Part shown: positions 1 through 9,101 of the stretch, in pieces
How positions within the stretch are numbered: the first letter of the stretch is position 1
Layout of the letters: every line of letters starts with the position of its first letter
Sequence record: MK373786.1
From: Escherichia phage vB_EcoM_R5505
Reading direction: 5' to 3' (one strand)
Length of the DNA stretch: 64,000 nucleotides
Program-made: the position numbers and the translations under genes
Notes under the pieces: generated by a model
What the model was told of the DNA's origin: nothing
Database searches by the model: none
What the model saw: the letters and a program-made list of their open reading frames with translations, nothing else

Positions 1-1450
1 ATAAAAGAGCAATATCAATTCTTGCCTTTTCACCTTCACTAAATGAAGCATAACTAAAATCTTCACGACCACGGGATTTAATTGTCTCATTAAATTCTTC
101 ATCTAATGTAAACACATAATCCGCTTCCATTATTTTAAGATAATGGTTAATCTGCTTATTAAATAATGGAATGTACTTTTTAATAATAGCACCTTTAATA
201 CCAGAATCTTTGAGCATATCAGTCAAAATTCCTCGGTGGTATTTTTCCATTACTAAATTAGTTTTTGTCTTAACAATTTTATCAAGTTCTTCTTGAAGCA
301 GTGCTATTTCATCAGCATGGTCAATAAACTCAGAAGATGCTTTTTCTATAGCTGCTTTAACTTTTTTAGCTTTATCTACTGTCGTGATTAGAGATTGCTT
401 TTTATTGCGAATATCATTTGCCAACGACTGCTGGGTTTTAATATTATCTCGGTATTCATCAACAAGAACTTTTAAATTATCACGGTGTGTTGAAAGCTGT
501 TCAAACGAATGCGTGCATTCAGAAACTTTATCTTTAATTTTAGAAACAACTTTATCACCGGAACTCAATTGTGACAAACAGGTTGGACATAATCCACCTT
601 CGTGATACATATTAATGACTTTATTATACGAGTCAATTTTTGATTTAATTAAAACTGCTTCTTGACCGATTTTATTAAATGCATCAGTCGGGTCTTCGTC
701 TAAAACAATATTAACTAATCTTTCATTAGCTTCTTCTATTTCCGATTTTAGCGTTCTAGCTTCTTTTGCCAAATCATCATACATATTTTGCAGACGAGTA
801 AGATTGTCACCCGTTAATTTTTTCTGGCGTTCAACGTTATCATTATATATTTTAATTTGTTGGATAATACTATCTTTTTTAACATCAAGCACTTGGTTTT
901 GTGAATTTAATTCACGTATTAGCGCTTTATTAAGCTTATCCATTTCAGCTAATGTTCCTACCTCAAGCAGGTCTTCCACAAGCTTTCTTCGTGCAGGGGT
1001 CGACAAACCCATGAAAGGGGTATACCCTGCTGTACCAAGGACAACAATCTGCTTGAAACTGGCATATGACATTCCGATAAGCTGTTCAAATTCTGCTTGG
1101 AAATCTTTACTGCTGGCAGATTCATTAAGACGTGTACCGTTAACGGTGATTTCGAAAACGTTTGGTTTTTGTCCTCTTTTGATATAGTACTTTTTCTCAT
1201 CATATTCCATCCACAGTTCAACTAAAAGTTCTTTCTTATTTGTGCTGTTTATTAATTGACCTTTCTTTACATCACGAAATGGTTTGCCAAAAAGCCCAAA
1301 TGTGATGGCTTCTAACATAGTAGACTTACCACCGCCATTTCGTCCAGTAATAAGAGTTTTTTGAACCTTATCTAATTGAATGTCAATAGGATTTCCACCT
1401 ACTGACATTATATTTTGATACCTAACTCGGTTTAGTTTAAAATTCTTCAC
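1..1450 (-). CDS. 46: Recombination nuclease subunit gp46 (Rad50/SbcC-like ATPase), N-terminal part; C-terminus lies beyond window start
   Basis: Minus-strand frame open from position 1 to a GTG start at 1448-1450 preceded by AAGGAA; N-terminus translates MKNFKLNRVRYQNIMSVGGNP...GRNGGGKST (Walker A); immediately upstream of gene 47. Confidence 0.85.
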   Translation of the reverse strand, partial: MKNFKLNRVRYQNIMSVGGNPIDIQLDKVQKTLITGRNGGGKSTMLEAITFGLFGKPFRDVKKGQLINSTNKKELLVELWMEYDEKKYYIKRGQKPNVFEITVNGTRLNESASSKDFQAEFEQLIGMSYASFKQIVVLGTAGYTPFMGLSTPARRKLVEDLLEVGTLAEMDKLNKALIRELNSQNQVLDVKKDSIIQQIKIYNDNVERQKKLTGDNLTRLQNMYDDLAKEARTLKSEIEEANERLVNIVLDEDPTDAFNKIGQEAVLIKSKIDSYNKVINMYHEGGLCPTCLSQLSSGDKVVSKIKDKVSECTHSFEQLSTHRDNLKVLVDEYRDNIKTQQSLANDIRNKKQSLITTVDKAKKVKAAIEKASSEFIDHADEIALLQEELDKIVKTKTNLVMEKYHRGILTDMLKDSGIKGAIIKKYIPLFNKQINHYLKIMEADYVFTLDEEFNETIKSRGREDFSYASFSEGEKARIDIALL

Positions 1451-1662
1451 AAAAGATTCCTTTTAATGTATCTTTTAGACCATTCTATCATATCATCATA
1501 ATCTAAAAAGTATTCATCAAATTCAGCCATGCAAACAACACCTTGTGCTGCTTTTGATGTGATATAAATTATTCCAACATATCTAGAATCTTCTTCGGTG
1601 TAATCAATATTTGCTATGAATTCATCATTAATGTCAAATGTCGAAAACTTCACAGTATGCAT
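1447..1662 (-). CDS. Small hypothetical protein (about 71 aa, start trimmed to internal Met)
   Basis: Track ORF 1447..1710; N-terminal 16 codons overlap the next ORF so start placed at internal ATG; stop overlaps the gene 46 GTG start. Confidence 0.4.
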   Translation of the reverse strand: MHTVKFSTFDINDEFIANIDYTEEDSRYVGIIYITSKAAQGVVCMAEFDEYFLDYDDMIEWSKRYIKRNLL

Positions 1663-1897
1663 CCTTAATACAAGATACAGCCATATCTTGTAATGATTTA
1701 GGTGTGTCATTATCTAAAATGTTGAAGTTAAAAGATACAGCCCAGTCAGTGCAGACTGTAACCTTTTTAATACAATTATCTTCAACCTCTAACGGTTCAA
1801 ACCAATATTCAATAATTTCTTTATGCCCAATATCATCTTTTACTTCGCATTCAAAATGCTGACTCATCATAACATTTTTAAATTCATCAAAAGTCAT
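1634..1897 (-). CDS. Small hypothetical protein, 87 aa
   Basis: Track ORF; ATGA start/stop overlap with gene 47 stop; co-oriented in early array. Confidence 0.5.
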   Translation of the reverse strand: MTFDEFKNVMMSQHFECEVKDDIGHKEIIEYWFEPLEVEDNCIKKVTVCTDWAVSFNFNILDNDTPKSLQDMAVSCIKDAYCEVFDI

Positions 1898-2913
1898 TGT
1901 GTTGCCTCTACATATAGCTGGTTTGCATATTGAATAAGTGCTTCACGGTCAGAATCAGTGATGTCTGGAATTGCATTAATGTATTCTTCCATCAACGTCT
2001 GAAGAGATTGAACTTCAACTTCTTCACTGTCATCTGACTCGACAGAGTTATCAATTTTTGACACAACTCGTAATGAATGCACAACTTTTTCTAGTTCAGA
2101 TTCGAACTTCGTTAGATTTTTGTCTACTTCAGTTACTATAACACGTACTGATAGATTTGTAAAATCTTTATAGTCAATTTTTCCTTTAAATGGATAATGA
2201 ATTCTACGATGCCAAGTAGTGTTGTTTGGAATAAATTCCATTCGTTCTGTTTCTGTATCAAACATCCAGAACCCGCGAGGGTCATTCTCGTCACCTGCAG
2301 TTAGTGTCCATGGTGTCCCAATATATCTGACGTTAGCAGCCTCAGAGATAGTATGGAAGTGACCAGACCACACTTCTTTATAAGTCTTAAGGAAATCAGG
2401 TTCAAGACCATGAGATTTCATTCCTTTATAAAAATAAAATCCGTTCAGTTCCCAGTGACCAACGCAAAAAGAAGCAGATGAAGTTTTGATGTGTTCAAGA
2501 ATTTCACCAGTATTTTCTTCACACATCCAAGGAATTAAATCAATTAAACATCCGTCAAAATCTACTGTAGTAGGCTTATCATACACTTTAACATTAGGAT
2601 ATTTAGCCAAAAGCTCAGTAGAGGCATTTGGAGTTAAAGTATTTTTAAAGTGCATATCATGGTTTCCTACAACAGTATGTAGGGTAATACCAGCATCATC
2701 AAGCATTTGAACTATTTCACGAGCGAACTCCATAGTTTTATGCGTGATTGCTTTTCGCACATCAAAAATATCGCCGTATTGAATCCATGTAGTAATTCCA
2801 TTTTTCTTAGAATATTCTATTGCTTGTTTAATTCCATCCAACTGAATGGATTGAACCCACTCATCATCGGCTTTAACGCCTAAATGCCAATCACCTAAAT
2901 TTAAAATTTTCAT
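1894..2913 (-). CDS. 47: Recombination nuclease subunit gp47 (Mre11/SbcD-like phosphoesterase), 339 aa
   Basis: 339-aa ORF starting MKILNLGDWHLG with calcineurin-like phosphoesterase motifs (GDxHD, GNHD); size and neighbours match T4 gp47. Confidence 0.95.
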   Translation of the reverse strand: MKILNLGDWHLGVKADDEWVQSIQLDGIKQAIEYSKKNGITTWIQYGDIFDVRKAITHKTMEFAREIVQMLDDAGITLHTVVGNHDMHFKNTLTPNASTELLAKYPNVKVYDKPTTVDFDGCLIDLIPWMCEENTGEILEHIKTSSASFCVGHWELNGFYFYKGMKSHGLEPDFLKTYKEVWSGHFHTISEAANVRYIGTPWTLTAGDENDPRGFWMFDTETERMEFIPNNTTWHRRIHYPFKGKIDYKDFTNLSVRVIVTEVDKNLTKFESELEKVVHSLRVVSKIDNSVESDDSEEVEVQSLQTLMEEYINAIPDITDSDREALIQYANQLYVEATQ

Positions 2914-3050
2914 ATATCAAGAACCGTCATTGAAATGCAAAATAAAATTATTGAAATAAACCCATCTGGTGTGCTAAAGAACCCAATCCAACATGCTCTA
3001 GTGAATAGATAAAATGCAAGAAAAAGTATCACATATCCAAGAAATATCAT
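2910..3050 (-). CDS. Small hydrophobic protein, about 46 aa (below ORF-track cutoff)
   Basis: Hand-translated minus-strand ORF MIFLGYVILFLAFYLFTRACWIGFF...; its TGA overlaps the ATG of gene 47 (ATGA). Confidence 0.35.
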   Translation of the reverse strand: MIFLGYVILFLAFYLFTRACWIGFFSTPDGFISIILFCISMTVLDI

Positions 3051-3089
3051 TATATCAAACTCCGTATAAAGCTAAAGGGCCGAAGCCCT

Positions 3090-4292
3090 TTATTTTGTAA
3101 TAATGTCAAACTGTTCTTTAAAGCAGAAGCTTGAATCTTGATGTTGATACAAAAATTCATACGCTTTTTCTCGCTCACGGTCATAAAGAGCTCGGTCAGA
3201 TGACAGTTCTTTAATACGCTCGAATGTTGATTCCATGTCATTTTCATCAAACCAAATGATACCGCTATCATGCGAGGTCAAAGGAGTATTATCAACACGG
3301 AATTTTAAATTTTCGCCAGTAGATTTCCAAAATACCGGAATTGTTCCACATGCACCAAGCTCGAGATGAGTATATTCTAAAGAGCGCTGTAGATATTTTT
3401 TATCCAACTTACTCAGCTGATAACCAAAACCGGATTTACTCATACGTTCAAGCATTTCGCTATTTACATAACGGTCAAGAATTTGCGTTGGCAAATTAGG
3501 AGCAATTTTAATTTGGTCTACTTGATGAAGACGATAATACTCGTATGGAATTCCTTTTTCTTTAATAGGAATGAACGCTGGAGAACGTTCCAGACCTTCC
3601 ATAATAGTACTTAGTCCTGCAGGTTTAAGATGTTTTTCATGAAAATCAAACATCTGATAAAAACCTTTCCATGTAGTCGTACGACCAATCCAACGGTTGA
3701 TATTCATGTTAATTTCAGAAACATCTTTCCAGTAGGTTGACCGAACCTTCGCAATATCCATAGGAGGCTGAAAGTTATATACTGTCGGTGCTTCTTCAAT
3801 ATCATCAAACAGAGAAACTGTTTCAGGATACCATTCTTTCATCAGAACTTTATTAAAATCACCATTATCAGAATGGCTAAAAATAACATCAGCTCGACGA
3901 ACAGTTTCTTCTAATCCCAAATTTCGGCGCAAAGAAAGAGAAGAATGGTCATGTTGATAAACTACAACACGAACAGAAGGTTTAATGTTATCAATAATTT
4001 TTTTATAGTTATTAATAGTGTCTTCTTCAACCGAAGTAGCAGGAACTGAATTGATAATTAGAATATCACAATCATTTACCAGCTTAAGTGTTTTATCATA
4101 TTCTTTTGCCAATAAAACCGGAATTGAAAATGATTTATAATCATGCGCGCAATTACGAGTAAATGATTTATCTTTAGCATAAACCAAAGTTACTTCATGA
4201 CCATTTTTAATAAACCAATCACGTTGCTCGAGTGAGAATTTTGTTACACCACAACCTTCAAGACCTCGAGCCATAAAAATACATACTTTCAT
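3090..4292 (-). CDS. a-gt: DNA alpha-glucosyltransferase (hydroxymethylcytosine glucosylation), 400 aa
   Basis: 400-aa ORF MKVCIFMARGLEGCGVTKFSLEQRDWFIKNGHEVTLVYAKDK...; matches my recall of T4 alpha-glucosyltransferase in sequence and length. Confidence 0.9.
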   Translation of the reverse strand: MKVCIFMARGLEGCGVTKFSLEQRDWFIKNGHEVTLVYAKDKSFTRNCAHDYKSFSIPVLLAKEYDKTLKLVNDCDILIINSVPATSVEEDTINNYKKIIDNIKPSVRVVVYQHDHSSLSLRRNLGLEETVRRADVIFSHSDNGDFNKVLMKEWYPETVSLFDDIEEAPTVYNFQPPMDIAKVRSTYWKDVSEINMNINRWIGRTTTWKGFYQMFDFHEKHLKPAGLSTIMEGLERSPAFIPIKEKGIPYEYYRLHQVDQIKIAPNLPTQILDRYVNSEMLERMSKSGFGYQLSKLDKKYLQRSLEYTHLELGACGTIPVFWKSTGENLKFRVDNTPLTSHDSGIIWFDENDMESTFERIKELSSDRALYDREREKAYEFLYQHQDSSFCFKEQFDIITK

Positions 4293-4535
4293 TTAATATC
4301 CTCTTTGTTTTGGTTTATTTTACCAAAAATTTATAAAGCAATATAGGAGCCGAAGCTCCTATCCACATAATACGCCATACAGAGGCTCATTAGAACTTTT
4401 AAATTTTATGCGCTTATATTTTATAGTTCCTTCTGCTTTAGCTTTATCATGAGACTCTTTAAAGAGTCTCATCATTTCCTCTTTAGAGGAACGAATTTTA
4501 TTATAATCTATTTCAGAAGTCTGGGTGTTCATCTT

Positions 4536-4742
4536 TCATAACTGCCACCATTTTTTGACTTGATAAGAATCAACCCACACTTTCATATTAGGGTCTGCTC
4601 TTACAATAGGAGGATTAACTTCTTTAATTGAACTATCATGGTATTCTTTTTCAGAAATTTTCACACAAAGATGACCATTCAAAGATTCAGTAAATCCTGC
4701 ATTAATTTTAAGACGCTTGAATTTTACGTGTGTAAGCATCAA
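4536..4742 (-). CDS. Small hypothetical protein, 68 aa
   Basis: Track ORF in co-oriented early gene array; no recognisable motif. Confidence 0.4.
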   Translation of the reverse strand: MMLTHVKFKRLKINAGFTESLNGHLCVKISEKEYHDSSIKEVNPPIVRADPNMKVWVDSYQVKKWWQL

Positions 4743-5025
4743 TCATATCCTCAATTTGCGATCTAGTAGTCTTCCAAAGAATACTGATGAGTTCATCGTT
4801 ATATGGCTGTTTTAGAATATCCCGACTTTTCTTGATAGCATATTCGTATTGAGCAAAATTATTGTTTTCAGCTGCGATCTGAGCGTGCTTATAAAGACGA
4901 TTCAGTTCGCGTTTGTTTTTAGACAATAACTTATTTGCTTTTCTTTCTGCTTCAAGACGGTTCTTTTCTTCAATAGAAGAAATAAGCTTTTCCACTTCAT
5001 CATTAATTTCGGGTTTATCAGTCAT
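4708..5025 (-). CDS. Hypothetical protein, 105 aa, predicted coiled-coil
   Basis: Track ORF; charged helical sequence; tight spacing with neighbours. Confidence 0.5.
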   Translation of the reverse strand: MTDKPEINDEVEKLISSIEEKNRLEAERKANKLLSKNKRELNRLYKHAQIAAENNNFAQYEYAIKKSRDILKQPYNDELISILWKTTRSQIEDMIDAYTRKIQAS

Positions 5026-5026
5026 A

Positions 5027-5245
5027 TTATTTCTCTAATATAAAATAAAAATCATCATCTGTTAAATGATACCTGTAATTTAATTCTACACCATTAGATT
5101 TAAAAGCGGTATCATACGGATTTTCTGGATCAATATCAATGTCAAGAGCTAAAACTTCCCTGAGATACATTTTAAGTAAATAGGGAATAGCTTCAACTTC
5201 AGGTATTTCTTCCAAGAATCCGGAGAGGTTAATCGTTAGCCTCAT
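5027..5245 (-). CDS. Small hypothetical protein, 72 aa
   Basis: Track ORF directly downstream of gene 55. Confidence 0.45.
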
Positions 5246-5786
5246 ATAAAAAATCCAAACTAGGAGAATCGTCTACAACACTTTTCTTTTCAGCCCCCGG
5301 TGTTCTATAGGTTGATTCTTCGTAATGCGTCATTTTATCGTAGATGTCTTGAATAAAAGTTTCATCTACTAACGCAACCATATCGTCGTCACGACTGTCA
5401 TAGACATTGTGAACGAAGTAACTATATTTCTTTGCAACTTCCTTACGTTCTTTTTTAATACGCTGGACGAATGCATTAAAACAAGCTTGAGTTATATATG
5501 CATGTGGGTTTTTATATTTCGTTTCATCAAAATTATGAAGCCCCTTAATAGAAGCTTCTATACCATCTGCAATCATTTCTTGTTTCCAAGACTGGGTGTA
5601 TCCTGAAAAGTTGAAACGTTTAGATAAGCCTTCTGCAATAAGCATAATGGCTAATCCGATAGTATCATTCTGACGAACTACTTTATTTGGGTCTTTATTA
5701 TTTGCTAATTCTGTTTTCCAATCAATAATAGCTTGTAAAAGCTCTTTATTGTTTACGTAATTATATTTAGGCTTAGTTTCTGACAT
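5229..5786 (-). CDS. 55: Late-transcription sigma factor gp55, 185 aa
   Basis: [28 protein letters not shown]...; start placed at second Met (MSETKP) to give the 185 aa I recall for T4 gp55. Confidence 0.9.
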
Positions 5787-5864
5787 TTTCACCTCTTAGC
5801 TCAATTCATAGATCTATTATATCATAATATTTGAAGATCTATCTTAAAGCATAGAGAATATCAG

Positions 5865-6134
5865 TTATCTAAGTAAACAGTATGCTTGGAATACTTTCTC
5901 CATCATCTTTTTAAATTCATGAATATCTATATAATGACTAGTTAGATCAGCATGATATAAAAAGTCTAAAAACTTTTCATGTGTACTAACATATTCACTT
6001 TCATTTAATTCAGAAACATGGCTTTCCCAATATCCAACACCAGTCTTATTTGGGAAAAATGAAATTTTCATGTATTGGTCAACATAGAAAATGCCATAAT
6101 TTTCAATAGTAATAGAAATATTAATAAATTTCAT
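5865..6134 (-). CDS. Small hypothetical protein, 89 aa
   Basis: Track ORF in early array. Confidence 0.45.
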   Translation of the reverse strand: MKFINISITIENYGIFYVDQYMKISFFPNKTGVGYWESHVSELNESEYVSTHEKFLDFLYHADLTSHYIDIHEFKKMMEKVFQAYCLLR

Positions 6135-6346
6135 ACATTCATCAACTTAGCCGCTTCAAGAGCTGCATCTAGTGAATCAAATTGGTCAACGTATTCAATC
6201 AATTCGCCATAATTGGCATATAACCACCATTGGCTAAATTCATACTCAAGGATGAATCCGTTTCCTTCAATTTGAGTTAAACCAATGCCATTTGTATTTA
6301 CTTCATATCCAGCAAGACGCAAATCGTTAATAAGAGCTTCGTTCAT
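6131..6346 (-). CDS. Small hypothetical protein, 71 aa
   Basis: Track ORF; ATGA overlap with downstream ORF. Confidence 0.45.
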   Translation of the reverse strand: MNEALINDLRLAGYEVNTNGIGLTQIEGNGFILEYEFSQWWLYANYGELIEYVDQFDSLDAALEAAKLMNV

Positions 6347-6348
6347 AA

Positions 6349-6675
6349 TTATACCTTAGTAATTTTCAGGTCTGCAAATTTTTTCTTGCGTTGATTTTTC
6401 ATGCGACGAATAGTTTTATCGGAAATTTCATGCTTTTGATAAGCTTTAGATTCTACACCAAAAGCTTTAACATCAAATTCTGACAAGATATATTGAACCA
6501 ACAATTCACGGACAGTATTGCGTCCAATCTTCTGATCATTCTGTTTCATCGTTTGATGAAGCTCTTTTTCCCATTTATCCAAACTTTGAGGAGTTACAAT
6601 ATCGCCTTTTTCTAGCAAAGAAACTACTTTATCATATGCGTAAGAATTGATGGCGTTTTTAATTTGAATAGTCAT
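6349..6675 (-). CDS. Hypothetical basic protein, 108 aa
   Basis: Track ORF; lysine/arginine-rich C-terminus. Confidence 0.5.
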   Translation of the reverse strand: MTIQIKNAINSYAYDKVVSLLEKGDIVTPQSLDKWEKELHQTMKQNDQKIGRNTVRELLVQYILSEFDVKAFGVESKAYQKHEISDKTIRRMKNQRKKKFADLKITKV

Positions 6676-6707
6676 ACATTATCCTCAATTGCGTTAAAAT
6701 TTTATTA

Positions 6708-6728
6708 TCCAAAAAGGGCCGAAGCCCT
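6708..6728 (-). terminator. Intrinsic terminator hairpin
   Basis: Stem-loop AGGGC-CGAA-GCCCT followed by T-run on the minus strand. Confidence 0.5.
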
Positions 6729-6928
6729 TAGCTAAACTTTTTGGCACCCTTCCAGCCTTCATACATCATTGCGGCTGATATTAATATTGCTCCTGAGCAA
6801 CTTGAATATTTGTGATTCCAAAACCAGTTTAGAAAAACTTCGTCATCAATACCTTGTGCTATCATATTTTCAAAGAACTGACGACGAGCTTCGGCAATTC
6901 GCTGCGATAATTTAGATTCAGGATTCAT
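6728..6928 (-). CDS. Small hypothetical protein, 66 aa
   Basis: Track ORF followed by a hairpin terminator at 6708-6728. Confidence 0.45.
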   Translation of the reverse strand: MNPESKLSQRIAEARRQFFENMIAQGIDDEVFLNWFWNHKYSSCSGAILISAAMMYEGWKGAKKFS

Positions 6929-7063
6929 TTAAATTTTCCAATTACCGTTTTCATCAATGAATTTAATCCAGTCATTTACTGACCACTTAGTTGTATCGCC
7001 TTTTGGAGTAACATTTAAAGTATATAGCCCTTGCTTAAAAAGCATTCGTTTGATATTCATATT
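6929..7063 (-). CDS. Small hypothetical protein (start trimmed to internal Met)
   Basis: Track ORF 6929..7144 trimmed to avoid overlap with 7068..7400. Confidence 0.35.
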   Translation of the reverse strand, partial: NMNIKRMLFKQGLYTLNVTPKGDTTKWSVNDWIKFIDENGNWKI

Positions 7064-7067
7064 TTCC

Positions 7068-7400
7068 TCAGCTGTAACGATAACACTCGTTTGATTTACG
7101 TTTAGCAACTCGTTGAGAAGTATTATAATCAAAATCATCGTCAATGTAAACTGATTTTTTCAACTTTCTTACTTCACCACGTAATTGGCGATTTAGCTCA
7201 TCTTTAACTTCTGAATCAATACCTTTCATTCTACGCCATTTATCTGAGCGAAAAATGTTTTCAACCATATCTTTATGACTTACCCCATCAGGAGCTTTAC
7301 GCTTTCCGAAATAGTCATAATCACGAACTTTCAAGTCTTTACGACGATACGTTTTACCCATGGAGTTTAATTTCCTTAGCAACTGAACTAAATGCAGCAC
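7068..7400 (-). CDS. Hypothetical basic protein, up to 110 aa
   Basis: Track ORF; Arg/Lys-rich; start uncertain (an internal MGKTYRR start is possible). Confidence 0.45.
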   Translation of the reverse strand: MLHLVQLLRKLNSMGKTYRRKDLKVRDYDYFGKRKAPDGVSHKDMVENIFRSDKWRRMKGIDSEVKDELNRQLRGEVRKLKKSVYIDDDFDYNTSQRVAKRKSNECYRYS

Positions 7401-7536
7401 GATCGCAAATCATGCGTTTATGTAACTTGAGTATAATATAGCAAACTTCAAAACTATTTACATGAGTAACACGAACAGCATTACCATTAATGAGATAATA
7501 CTGTCCCTTTTTAATTTCTTTATCAACCATAACCAT
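7354..7536 (-). CDS. Small hypothetical protein, 60 aa
   Basis: Track ORF immediately downstream of an early-type promoter at 7567-7596. Confidence 0.3.
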   Translation of the reverse strand: MVMVDKEIKKGQYYLINGNAVRVTHVNSFEVCYIILKLHKRMICDRAAFSSVAKEIKLHG

Positions 7537-7566
7537 ATCAATTCCTCAAAGGTAATTCATATGTTA

Positions 7567-7596
7567 ATAATACCACGGTTTGAACTTGTTGTAAAC
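7567..7596 (-). promoter_or_regulatory. Early-type promoter (GTTTAC -35, TATTAT -10)
   Basis: Minus strand reads GTTTAC-N18-TATTAT with A/T-rich upstream element. Confidence 0.5.
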
Positions 7597-7664
7597 AACT
7601 TTGTGAAAAATATTTCAGGGAATGATAAGAAAGGAACGATAGCTTAGAATGGTAATATACAGAA

Positions 7665-7687
7665 TGTAAGAAAGGCCCAGAGGGCCC
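7665..7687 (-). terminator. Intrinsic terminator hairpin
   Basis: GC-rich 5-bp stem (GGCCC/GGGCC) followed by T-rich tract on the minus strand, just after the glutaredoxin-like gene. Confidence 0.4.
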
Positions 7688-7690
7688 ATC

Positions 7691-8014
7691 TTAGTCTTCT
7701 ATGATATCTCTATCATATCCAAGTGAAATGAGAGTTTCTTTGAAGTGTTTAATGTTCTTTTGCCTAGAATCATTAATGAAAATGACCGGATACCGAATAT
7801 TAAGAGATGTGAATCCGGCGCGTTTGGCAAGAGATACAATCAGTGGACGATCATACTCAATCTTACCATTATTAGTAAGAACTTTATAGAAAGTAAAAGG
7901 AGCATTGAGCTCCTTTAGAAGTTTTGTAACTGATTGACATCCAGGACAACGACCTACTTCATCTGGAATTCCATAGACTTCAATCTTATTCTTTAAGTTC
8001 GAGTTTTGTTCCAC
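7691..8014 (-). CDS. Glutaredoxin-like redox protein (CPGC active site)
   Basis: C-terminal about 100 aa of track ORF 7691..8143 reads KIEVYGIPDEVGRCPGCQSVTKLL...; upstream part overlaps the neighbouring gene, so start placed at in-frame GTG 8012-8014 with AAGGA upstream. Confidence 0.55.
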   Translation of the reverse strand: MEQNSNLKNKIEVYGIPDEVGRCPGCQSVTKLLKELNAPFTFYKVLTNNGKIEYDRPLIVSLAKRAGFTSLNIRYPVIFINDSRQKNIKHFKETLISLGYDRDIIED

Positions 8015-8297
8015 GAGAAATAATTCCTTGGTAAGCCCAATAAGGAGGATTAACAGAATCCTCACCAGAGTTTTCTTCAGGAAAATAAACCTGGATAACG
8101 AAGCCGGATTCATCAAAGGTAAAATAAACCGTAGGCAGTTCACCTAACAAATCGGCACGAGCGTTGATTTCTTCGAGGTCTTGTTCACGTCCAGCCCAGA
8201 AGCTTGGGTTCAGACTACATTCATAGAAATAATAGTCATTACCGAACATATCAAAACCATTCCAACTCTCTACTACATACCGCTCAAAACTAATCAT
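7986..8297 (-). CDS. Hypothetical protein, 103 aa
   Basis: Track ORF; acidic, aromatic-rich. Confidence 0.5.
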   Translation of the reverse strand: MISFERYVVESWNGFDMFGNDYYFYECSLNPSFWAGREQDLEEINARADLLGELPTVYFTFDESGFVIQVYFPEENSGEDSVNPPYWAYQGIISRGTKLELKE

Positions 8298-8299
8298 AA

Positions 8300-8515
8300 T
8301 TAATCCTTTTTATCAAGAACCGCATTCAGCTTGTTAGTAATTTTATCCAGACGCTCATTGAACTCACTAGAAGATAAGCCCTTTTCCGGAGAAATTAAAC
8401 TAATCACGAAAAATACAACAATAAAAGGAATAAGAAAAATAGCTCCAACTGCCATAAACAGAAAGAACGTTACAGTTGTAAGAAAATCAGCTAAACCTTT
8501 ACGAAATTTATACAT
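8300..8515 (-). CDS. Small membrane protein, 71 aa
   Basis: Track ORF with a long hydrophobic segment (FFLFMAVGAIFLIPFIVVFFVISLI). Confidence 0.45.
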   Translation of the reverse strand: MYKFRKGLADFLTTVTFFLFMAVGAIFLIPFIVVFFVISLISPEKGLSSSEFNERLDKITNKLNAVLDKKD

Positions 8516-8630
8516 ATTTTACCCTTAATTGATTAACCAAGCATTGATAAGCACTAAACTATATTGCGAATAAAATTCTGGACCAAAATGAAAAATCATA
8601 TCATTTATAGTATCCATAATGTAATTCAAT

Positions 8631-9101
8631 TTAATCATGTGTCCACACCCCATCGGTATTTGACCAAAGTCGCTGATTATCTGATCCTCGCCACAGCTTT
8701 TTGGTCGGAAGATTTTTCTCATACTTCCCATCAATAATAACATCAACATATTTAAGCATTTCTAGTTGTTTAATATCTTCAAACTTATATCCTGTCCACA
8801 ACCAAATGCTTTTATTGGGATAAAGATTTTTAATAGTTTGAACCACAGAGTGAATCACGTCTCTGTTATCAGGATAAAGAGGGTCACCTCCGGTTATAGT
8901 TAATCCTTCTATATAATCATTATTCAAACATTCAATCAATTGTTCTAGTGTTTCACCAGTGAATGGAATACCATTTCTAGCATTCCATGTTGATTTATTA
9001 TAACACCCTTCGCATTTATGCAAACAACCTGTAACGAAAAGAACGGCCCTGCATCCAGGGCCATTCACAAAATCGCAAGGATAAAATCTATCATAATTCA
9101 T
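8631..9101 (-). CDS. nrdG: Anaerobic ribonucleotide reductase activating protein (radical SAM), 156 aa
   Basis: CxxxCxxC cluster motif (CLHKCEGCYN); 156 aa; immediately downstream of nrdD. Confidence 0.9.
   Translation of the reverse strand: MNYDRFYPCDFVNGPGCRAVLFVTGCLHKCEGCYNKSTWNARNGIPFTGETLEQLIECLNNDYIEGLTITGGDPLYPDNRDVIHSVVQTIKNLYPNKSIWLWTGYKFEDIKQLEMLKYVDVIIDGKYEKNLPTKKLWRGSDNQRLWSNTDGVWTHD

Noticed and set aside
384-1187. Plus-strand ORFs 384..605 and 804..1187
   Set aside because: They lie antisense within the gene 46 coding region, have low-complexity composition and no start context; the minus-strand frame encodes a recognisable Rad50-like protein.
3050-3271. Minus-strand ORF of 73 aa overlapping the 3' end of a-gt
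   Set aside because: Alternative frame inside the well-supported alpha-glucosyltransferase gene; the hydrophobic micro-ORF 2910..3050 explains this gap better.
7691-8143. Full 150-aa ORF as the glutaredoxin-like protein
   Set aside because: The first 43 codons are hydrophobic low-complexity sequence overlapping the upstream gene in another frame; only the C-terminal part resembles glutaredoxin, so the start was moved to an internal GTG.
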